Virus record (IMG/VR): IMGVR_UViG_3300045412_000261
Location: 1-64,000 of that record
Reading direction: 5' to 3' (one strand)
Origin: a virus
DNA: 64,000 bases
The translations under genes were made by a program, and so were the position numbers. Below are positions 56,908 through 64,000 of this stretch, one piece after another. Position 1 is the stretch's first letter. Each line of letters begins with the position of its first letter. The notes beneath the pieces were generated by a model. It worked only from the letters and a program-made list of their open reading frames with translations. It ran no database searches and was not told the origin of the DNA.

Positions 56908-58551
56908 TTACAGAGTATCTAATCCATGAACATAAATCTTTCCATAGTATTCAGGACGAACCATTTTCTTAGCATATCTTGTCATGATACCTTTTCTTGG
57001 AGTGAAGTTTTCTGGATCATATACTAGAGGAGTCATAATCAACGGAATGTATGGTGCGTAAACAGCTCCTGTTTCTAAAAATTGAGCGCCTCTATATCCC
57101 ATTAACAACAAGTTCTCTGTCATATATGGATTCTTATATACAGTAAATCTGCTATTTAACAAACCTACTTTTTGAACACCCATTGCAAATTTAGCCTGAT
57201 CACCATTAGTGTCAGCTGCATATCCAGGGATTGATTCTAAAATAGTTGCAATAGTCGGAGAAGTAACAATAAAGTTAGCACCTCCTCTCATGGTCAATCG
57301 GTGAATCTCATTGGATACTTTCTGCATTTTAGTTCCAATTGTTTGGAACCAAGTACCTTGGTTGTAGAATTGACCAGTTGTTGCAGCGTTAGTAAATGAA
57401 GATGAACCAGGATCATAGGCAAATCCAATTCTAGCAGACCACCTTTCTACCGTTTGAGCTTCTGATACTAACATATCTAAAATTTCCAAATCAATTTCCT
57501 GAGAAATATATTCAGAAAGCATAGATGTTAATTCAGCCTCGGCATCAATAGAGTGATATGCATTAAGGTCTTGCGCGAATTCTGGGGTCCATTTAGCTTT
57601 TAGCTTACGTGTTTTAGACGTAATAGCCTCAGAGCGCATTTCCAAATTGATTTCTGGAATTGGTAACTCTTGGTCGGCACCTCCCGCTTGTGTTTTACCT
57701 TCCTCAAAGTCACCTCTCGTAAGGTCAGTAGGTTGTTTGTGGTAATTTACTTTTACGTTAGAGATTGTAGTAGATCCAGAAACAATAAATACAATTCTGC
57801 TATTAGTCAAGTCATAAGACGTAAACTGCTGGAATGTGTCATTGATATTAGTTCCGGTTACAGTAAATGCTCTAACACCTAGTGGATCAAATCCTGAAAG
57901 TGAATCTGTAGAGATGTAAACTTTACGTAACTTCGTATTGCTCTTATAAGAAGCAGAGAAGTTAGTATCGTAATTTATATCAGAAGTCATATTTACAGAG
58001 CCAGTAAAGAATTTAGTGCTATTGATTCTGCTCAAACTTCCTGTAAAAGAAAGAGTAGAACTAGAATAATCATTAATAGAATAGCTAAATCTTCCTGCAC
58101 CATATAAACCTTGAGTACCTGCTGTACCTCCTTTATCAGCATCTGTGATACCAAATACAGAGTCTTTCTGAGAGTTCTTACCTTGATTTGCAAAGAAACC
58201 CGGTTGAGAAGTTCCATATTTAAAATCTAGAAAGAATACAAGTCCAGAAGGTAAATTCATTGGCTGAATACTAACAAAATCTTTAGCTGCAATTGAAGAA
58301 AATATTCTTCGTACTAAAGGTAATGCTACACCTGCCCATTCTTCTGAATTTGATGCAGTACCAGTTCTATTGGCTTCTGTTACGATTTGACGAGCTTGAT
58401 TTTCAAGGAGAACAGCTAAATGTGGCTTTTCTCTTTTTTCATCTAGCCCTTCAAGTAAGCCAGTGGGTTCCCACTTGGCTATGTATTTCATCGCTTCCGC
58501 CTTTTGTGTTCTGTTATAGTCATGAGGAAGCATGTGGTCTAAATTTTCCAT
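56908..58551 (-). CDS. major capsid protein (T4 gp23-like)
   Basis: LLENQ, LPLVRR, QPMNLPSGLVF, TRKLKAKWT.E.AQDL.A.H.IDAEAEL, YAPYIPL and TRY. Confidence 0.97.
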   Translation of the reverse strand: MENLDHMLPHDYNRTQKAEAMKYIAKWEPTGLLEGLDEKREKPHLAVLLENQARQIVTEANRTGTASNSEEWAGVALPLVRRIFSSIAAKDFVSIQPMNLPSGLVFFLDFKYGTSQPGFFANQGKNSQKDSVFGITDADKGGTAGTQGLYGAGRFSYSINDYSSSTLSFTGSLSRINSTKFFTGSVNMTSDINYDTNFSASYKSNTKLRKVYISTDSLSGFDPLGVRAFTVTGTNINDTFQQFTSYDLTNSRIVFIVSGSTTISNVKVNYHKQPTDLTRGDFEEGKTQAGGADQELPIPEINLEMRSEAITSKTRKLKAKWTPEFAQDLNAYHSIDAEAELTSMLSEYISQEIDLEILDMLVSEAQTVERWSARIGFAYDPGSSSFTNAATTGQFYNQGTWFQTIGTKMQKVSNEIHRLTMRGGANFIVTSPTIATILESIPGYAADTNGDQAKFAMGVQKVGLLNSRFTVYKNPYMTENLLLMGYRGAQFLETGAVYAPYIPLIMTPLVYDPENFTPRKGIMTRYAKKMVRPEYYGKIYVHGLDTL

Positions 58552-58555
58552 ATTT

Positions 58556-59479
58556 TTACTTTATTATACCTGCAAGTTCTTGTAATCTTGCACGTAGATT
58601 GTTTGATTCGTTTACAATATTTGATTTAGTAGCAGCAGATGGAGCTGTGCTATTAGTTGGTTTTGAAGCAAAAGATTCAGTGATGTTCTTAGACTTTTTA
58701 CCTTTGTTTGCATCTACACCCTCATGTACCTTAGCATAAGTAGAATACAATAATTTAGCTTCTCTGATTGTGACTACACGCTCAAAGTTTTCTAAAATAT
58801 CTTTCTTCTGATTTTCTGATAAAGCATAGTTGCGGAAAAGTTTAGAAGTATAAAGTAGTTTAGAATTTAACAAGTTAACTTCTTGAAGCATTCCTTTGAG
58901 TTGATTGACAACTTCATAAGCCTCTTCTAGTTCTTTTTTTAATTCTGATACTTTTTCTTTATCATCATCATCTTCTTTTTCATCTTCTTCTTTATCCCCG
59001 ATAGCTTCAGAGAACATAGATTCCAAAGCTGTTAAAACTTCATTACGACTAAAATACTTAGGTCCTTGAGGATCTTCGGTATCGCTGTCATACTTGTCCA
59101 TTTTGTTGTCTCCAGATCCAATGTTAGAAGATTTTAACTCCTCCTCTAGTTCAGCTAGGATTTCTTCTAAACTAGCAGATTCATTTTTTTCATCTTCATC
59201 ATCATTTTCGTAAGCCTCATTTTTTTCTTCGTCATCATCATCATTTTCTTCAGCTTCCATATATGGCTTTTTGTTTTTGTCATCCATCTTTTTAGGAAAT
59301 GCCTCTTTCATTTCTTTTTTCCCTCTTTCTACTTCTTCTTCGTCGTCTTCATGCTTATTTTCAAGAAGCGGAGAAACTTTTGATAAAATTGACTCTTCAA
59401 GAGTTGCTTTTGCGTTTTGCATTGCTGTTTCTTTTATAGCTTTTGCATCGGCAATTGCAGATTTTAATAAATCGTTCAT
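58556..59479 (-). CDS. prohead scaffolding protein (gp22-like)
   Basis: Acidic coiled coil directly upstream of the capsid gene; AIADAK and terminal RLQELAGI. Confidence 0.8.
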   Translation of the reverse strand: MNDLLKSAIADAKAIKETAMQNAKATLEESILSKVSPLLENKHEDDEEEVERGKKEMKEAFPKKMDDKNKKPYMEAEENDDDDEEKNEAYENDDEDEKNESASLEEILAELEEELKSSNIGSGDNKMDKYDSDTEDPQGPKYFSRNEVLTALESMFSEAIGDKEEDEKEDDDDKEKVSELKKELEEAYEVVNQLKGMLQEVNLLNSKLLYTSKLFRNYALSENQKKDILENFERVVTIREAKLLYSTYAKVHEGVDANKGKKSKNITESFASKPTNSTAPSAATKSNIVNESNNLRARLQELAGIIK

Positions 59480-59617
59480 GTTACTATTTTGATTGTAAGA
59501 TTATTGTTAATCTTAAATACATTTTTAATTATTTAATCTTATATTAAACAAGATATTATTATCAATAAATATTATACATTTTTCTTAAAATGCTATTTTT
59601 TAATAAATTTCTTACTT

Positions 59618-60931
59618 TTATCCGAAATATGAGTATAATAATTCCCTATCGGCGTAACCTAATACTTGTTTACCGCTTTCGTGATTCTTCTTTATTTCTA
59701 ACAATTTACTTACATAAGTTCTAGCTTGTTTTGATGGAGCTCTAGATATAAGTAAGGTTAATCTTTGTACCGTTGATGTATATATTTCAGCTTTTCTACC
59801 TTTACCATAAATTCTTTTTGTATCAAAGGAAGCAATAGCTACAATAGATGCCATCCACTTATCTCCTGTACTGTTATAGGAAGGTCTCTTATAGTTAAAA
59901 ACATCACCAGTAAATTCTATACTTTTTATATTTGCTACATATAAGAATCTCCATCCTGGTCTATCTTGGGGATTGTTTGTATCTCCTTTTTTCAACCAAG
60001 CTCTTAATGCTAATCCTTTAGTAGCAGTTCTTTTGGATTGCCCTAGCGCTACGGGCTCTATCAATCGAATCCCTGTAGCTAATTCTTCTGTATTTTTATC
60101 GCTAACATATTTTACTTTCAGCAATAAATTGTTTACTATTGCTATTTTTAAATCTTTTACTGTGTTTCCTGTTGGCTTAAATAATATTTTTGTATTTTCC
60201 TTAGCTTGTTTTTGTAATTTTATAATATCATTTATAACAGCTTCTTCACTTGCTTCTTCTTCTTTTTTTAGAACATCTGCTACTCCTTTATATTCTTCTA
60301 CGCCAACAGGAGCGCTACTTAAAGCTTCTCCTATATTATATTCTATAAATCTACTTTTATCTCCTTTATCTACTTGAGTCATATACCCAGCTCCGGATTC
60401 AGAACTCTTTACATATTGTTCTCTTGTACTTGAAACTAATTTAGTAAACTCGTCTTCTTTATATACTTTATCTATATCATAAGAGTATAAAAGTAAGTAT
60501 TTTTTTGCTACTAAACCGTTTTTTTCTGCTACTTTGTCTATTCTAGCTAAAAAAGTATCTCTATTTACACCTGCGGGGGTTATCTTTTTTCTAAATAATT
60601 TTCTAGTATCTACGTCAGATATTATTATAATTTTACTGCTTTTTATAATAGATTCTGCATTTTTATAAAAATTTTCTAAATTATTTACTACTTTTACACT
60701 TTTTTTTGAATCTATTTTTCTATTATTTTTTAGAGCGGTTCTAAATTCTTGGGTTATTATATTGGTTTCTTTTTCTAATAGTTTGCTTAATCTATCTTTC
60801 ATTTGCGTTTCTACAAATTTAGGATTCCTTTGCCTGATTATTTCGCCCTTTTCATTTTTTACTTCTTTAAAACTCTGGCTTAATTTTTTGTTAAATTCAA
60901 AATCGGAAGACAAAAATATTACGGATGGCAT
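59618..60931 (-). CDS. protein with C-terminal WYL-like domain
   Basis: AI.N.LLLKVKY....G.RLIEPVALG....LRAW....GWRFLYVANI..IE.TG..F. Confidence 0.6.
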   Translation of the reverse strand: MPSVIFLSSDFEFNKKLSQSFKEVKNEKGEIIRQRNPKFVETQMKDRLSKLLEKETNIITQEFRTALKNNRKIDSKKSVKVVNNLENFYKNAESIIKSSKIIIISDVDTRKLFRKKITPAGVNRDTFLARIDKVAEKNGLVAKKYLLLYSYDIDKVYKEDEFTKLVSSTREQYVKSSESGAGYMTQVDKGDKSRFIEYNIGEALSSAPVGVEEYKGVADVLKKEEEASEEAVINDIIKLQKQAKENTKILFKPTGNTVKDLKIAIVNNLLLKVKYVSDKNTEELATGIRLIEPVALGQSKRTATKGLALRAWLKKGDTNNPQDRPGWRFLYVANIKSIEFTGDVFNYKRPSYNSTGDKWMASIVAIASFDTKRIYGKGRKAEIYTSTVQRLTLLISRAPSKQARTYVSKLLEIKKNHESGKQVLGYADRELLYSYFG

Positions 60932-61545
60932 TATAATATTTTTGACATGTTTAAAATTTCATCAGCCAATATGTCAACATTTACAAAATAACTTTTAGAT
61001 TCTTTCATTACTACGGGTGACATAAAGGCTCCTTGAGTAGATGGATTAGATACAAAATCAAAAGCTACCATTTCGTAATCTTCTCCAACTTCATAGTAAG
61101 GAGATCCGTTTCTAAGCCCCGCCTCTCTTAAAGATCCAACTCCCCTAGAACTTATGCCTACGGTGTGTCCTTTATCAAAGTATTGTTTTAATAAGTTACC
61201 TTTAGGAGTCCAGTCCATAATTTCAGCAATACCGTATATGTCATCTTTATCCCACCAAATTTCTTTAATTACATGTGACGCTTCGGATAACCAGGTATCA
61301 GCTCTTTCCGGGTGGTCTAATTCTCCATAAGCTATTCCATCTTTTATTTTATCATTGTACTTACTAACTTGTTCATCCATCAATTTTTTAGGATACATTC
61401 GCTTATTGTGATTCACGGAGTTAGCTCGTTGTAATATTCCTTTAACTAGTAAACCTCCATTATTTCCTTTAGATTCTTTTATTACGCAACTAACAGGATT
61501 AAATATAGATACGGAGTCTATTAAGAGTACTCTATTTTGTGCCAT
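60931..61545 (-). CDS. prohead protease (T4 gp21-like)
   Basis: GILQRA..N.N.R.YP, GELDHP, SH, TP.G, GISSRGVGS and DFVSNPST. Confidence 0.95.
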   Translation of the reverse strand: MAQNRVLLIDSVSIFNPVSCVIKESKGNNGGLLVKGILQRANSVNHNKRMYPKKLMDEQVSKYNDKIKDGIAYGELDHPERADTWLSEASHVIKEIWWDKDDIYGIAEIMDWTPKGNLLKQYFDKGHTVGISSRGVGSLREAGLRNGSPYYEVGEDYEMVAFDFVSNPSTQGAFMSPVVMKESKSYFVNVDILADEILNMSKIL

Positions 61546-61906
61546 TATTTAGATTTTTTAAGAATTCGTCTATAAAATTAATTACGGATTCTTGTTTTAA
61601 GAATGGAGTGGTTTTCTGTTTTTCTTTGTCCCGCTCTATTTTATTAAAAGTTGTTTTCTTTATAAATTTGTATGGTTTTTCTTTTGTTTCCGGCTTTCTT
61701 CTTTTGAATACTAATGGAGTTCTAGGAGGACCCTCACCACCATCTAAATTACTTGTTACATTCATTTCATTTTTAACATCATCTTCATCATCTATAGGTA
61801 AGTATTTTGAAGAAGATTCGGCGGTGCCACCCACTTTAAAATTTTTGTCCAAAGACTCAAATAGGTATTTCATGAATGCTTCTTTATTATTTTTTATATT
61901 TTTCAT
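61532..61906 (-). CDS. hypothetical head-module protein
   Basis: Between portal and protease genes; overlaps both neighbours. Confidence 0.55.
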   Translation of the reverse strand: MKNIKNNKEAFMKYLFESLDKNFKVGGTAESSSKYLPIDDEDDVKNEMNVTSNLDGGEGPPRTPLVFKRRKPETKEKPYKFIKKTTFNKIERDKEKQKTTPFLKQESVINFIDEFLKNLNNGTK

Positions 61907-62736
61907 TTACTTATAACATTTACAAAATCATAATATTTCATAATAACATGTATATGGTCTTCTGTAATAAATTTAACATTATTTATTTGATTTAACACAT
62001 CTACCATTTCATTTAGTTTATTTGCAGATGTCTGATTCTCTATATTAGGAATAATGTTATTAATAGATTCTTTTAATTTATTTATCTCAGATGTTATAAA
62101 TGATTTAAATTCATCTGATGATGTTTCCATGTTTATATAATTTCCTAACAATGTTTTCTGTTCATTTAACAATCCATTGTATTTGTCATTATATTTTTCA
62201 ACCATTATTTCAAATGCAGATAATCTAATGTCTTCTGATTCTGTTAGGTATTCAGATGATATGTTATTAGATGATTCTACATTGCATATACATTCTATTA
62301 GATTTTGTTTATTTGAAACCATTACTGGAGGATTGTCAGATTGGTTGTATTCAAATAATGTATAGATGCTAGCGTAATTCTGATAATTTTCTACTTTTAT
62401 GTTGAAGAAAGTATCCCCGCCGAAATATGATGTGATATCTTTATATAATTTGTATTTCTCTTTATTTAATTTTTCTAAGTCTAAAGAGTTTCTAGCTTCT
62501 TTTATAGATTCAATAAATTCATTTGCCAAGATTGGGCTTTTTACTTTATCTTTTGTCAACATCTGATATAAAGATAATTCCTTCCTGATTTCTGAATTGT
62601 TCGAAAAATGTTTTTTTATAATTGAGGATATTTCATTTATACCTTCTCCCTGTAATACATTGCTAGTCATTTTTTTCACTAGCATTTCAAAAATCAATCC
62701 CGTGTTCCGGTGTTTTTTGTGCTTTATTTTTTTCAT
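61903..62736 (-). CDS. conserved head-module hypothetical protein
   Basis: KHKKHRNTGLIFEMLV...EKYKL...F...V.NY..YASIY.LFE. Confidence 0.65.
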   Translation of the reverse strand: MKKIKHKKHRNTGLIFEMLVKKMTSNVLQGEGINEISSIIKKHFSNNSEIRKELSLYQMLTKDKVKSPILANEFIESIKEARNSLDLEKLNKEKYKLYKDITSYFGGDTFFNIKVENYQNYASIYTLFEYNQSDNPPVMVSNKQNLIECICNVESSNNISSEYLTESEDIRLSAFEIMVEKYNDKYNGLLNEQKTLLGNYINMETSSDEFKSFITSEINKLKESINNIIPNIENQTSANKLNEMVDVLNQINNVKFITEDHIHVIMKYYDFVNVISK

Positions 62737-62803
62737 TTTTTATAGTTATGAATTTCTTATTGAAAGAAATTATTTTAAATAAATATTATAATGTTTACCT
62801 AAA

Positions 62804-64000
62804 TCACTCTAAATCTAATAAGTTATTTTCATTTAACAAATCTGAATCTATTACTTTTTCCTTTTCTTTAAATGATTTTTCTATAATCAGATTTTTATTT
62901 CCTATTTTACTATCAAATTGTCTTTTCAATGAATTGACTAATTTTGATTCTAAATTGACTGGATTTTCTCTTTTTCTAGCTATTAAAGGATTTTTTTCAC
63001 CTTCTAAATTAGATTTCATGTCCCTATCTCCCATAACGTCTCTACCATTAATCTTATCATCTTTTGTACCAAATGTACCTATTCTTTTAGGTCTTCCTCT
63101 ATTATCCTCTTTATCTACAAATTCTAATTCATCTCCATCATCAAATGTCATAGGGTTTATTTCATTTCCCTTAGATGCTAACTTTAACGTCATCATATCG
63201 TGAGGAGTGCCAAAACTTTGTCCAGATAGTTTAGGATCATTACCCTCTGTTTCTATTTGAGCATGTCTAAAGGATGTCATTAAATCTTCTATAATTAAAT
63301 CTTCCTCCGTCTGTCTTTCTGATTCCGATAATTTAAATAAATTCTCATGAATATATTTTCTAGAGAATAATTTAGAATCCTGCATAGTTAAGGCTAGATT
63401 CATTTTCTCTGTTAATATTTCTATTTTCTGTCTTTCATAAACTAAAGAAGGATTATTTAAAGATAATGAAAAATCTATCAATTCTTCATTTTTATATCCC
63501 TGAGTATATAAATGAATGATTGCAATTTTATTTAATTCTGATACAATTATTTTTTGAATTCTTTCTATAGTTCTAGCGAATCGAACATCTTCCGCTGCAA
63601 TCATAGATTTTCCTTCGGTATCTTTATCGTATCCTAAGAATGGTTTTGGTATTTTTAGGGCAGCCATCATTCTATTCCTAACATACTCAATATCATCCAT
63701 AAATCCTTGATTCCCTAATCCGGGTAAAGTGGATATTTCACTACTCGCATCTTTTCCTCTAACTGGTAAATAATAATCCTCCAACATGTTTTGAAGATTA
63801 AATTTTAAATTATAATCTCCTGTTCTCTCATCAACGTAAGGTGTTTTCTTCATTGATGATATAATAGTTGCCATGTAATTATCTACGTCAGTAGGAGGAA
63901 TACTACCAACATTAATTTTAAATACTCTTCTTTCCGGGGCTCTCATTATCCTATGGATTAACATAGCATCCTCCATTAAAGTAAGCATTTTAAAAATCTT
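62804..64000 (-). CDS. portal protein (T4 gp20-like), 5' end beyond the window
   Basis: LMEDAMLIHRIMRAPERRVF, MLEDYYLP.R, EI.TLPG, ALKIP and RFARTIERIQ; frame is open to the window edge. Confidence 0.95.
   Translation of the reverse strand, partial: KIFKMLTLMEDAMLIHRIMRAPERRVFKINVGSIPPTDVDNYMATIISSMKKTPYVDERTGDYNLKFNLQNMLEDYYLPVRGKDASSEISTLPGLGNQGFMDDIEYVRNRMMAALKIPKPFLGYDKDTEGKSMIAAEDVRFARTIERIQKIIVSELNKIAIIHLYTQGYKNEELIDFSLSLNNPSLVYERQKIEILTEKMNLALTMQDSKLFSRKYIHENLFKLSESERQTEEDLIIEDLMTSFRHAQIETEGNDPKLSGQSFGTPHDMMTLKLASKGNEINPMTFDDGDELEFVDKEDNRGRPKRIGTFGTKDDKINGRDVMGDRDMKSNLEGEKNPLIARKRENPVNLESKLVNSLKRQFDSKIGNKNLIIEKSFKEKEKVIDSDLLNENNLLDLE

Noticed and set aside
41394-58551. Collagen Gly-X-Y substrate for the PLOD-like enzyme within this window
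   Set aside because: No sustained Gly-X-Y repeats seen; the Gly-rich tracts in the tape measure protein are not triplet-periodic, so any collagen-like target must lie outside the window
1-64000. Stop-codon reassignment (alternative genetic code)
   Set aside because: Conserved genes are full length in the standard code, coding density is high, and TAA, TAG and TGA all serve as stops
4079-64000. Many + strand ORFs of 60-150 aa in the ORF track (e.g. 22367-22813, 44314-44727, 58293-58739, 62748-63203)
   Set aside because: Antisense shadows of well-supported - strand genes with no recognisable motifs

Overview
A 64-kb, very AT-rich, gene-dense segment of a large myovirus with T4-like virion genes. 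The host is probably Bacteroidota: there is a TTG-N20-TAnnTTTG promoter, leaders lack Shine-Dalgarno motifs, and a ClpS-like gene looks Bacteroidota-type. Bases 1-4078 are a short + strand block: tRNA-CAT, MazG-like pyrophosphatase, GH73 muramidase/glucosaminidase and an S8 subtilisin. The rest reads on the - strand. From right to left it holds portal (partial), prohead protease, a WYL-like protein, scaffold, major capsid, PhoH, a three-domain GT4 + GT25 (COLGALT-like) + PLOD-like lysyl hydroxylase fusion, neck proteins, sheath, three tail-tube paralogues, a tail chaperone with a candidate +1 frameshift, tape measure and baseplate genes. Next comes a replication module: two family-A polymerases, gp32-like SSB, RecA/UvsX, 5'-3' exonuclease, helicase, NrdAB and a Cas4-like nuclease. 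A ~15-kb cluster of about eleven glycosyltransferases and two methyltransferases follows, then small accessory genes (PAS membrane protein, ClpS-like, UVR-like, 2OG-Fe(II) oxygenase). The best candidate for an undescribed system is a phage-encoded virion protein hydroxylation and O-glycosylation pathway. It would combine animal-collagen-type and plant-extensin-type enzymes, with a recurrent [S/T]-G-S motif in capsid, neck and sheath proteins as a possible acceptor. All family calls come from motif recognition by eye; no database search was run.
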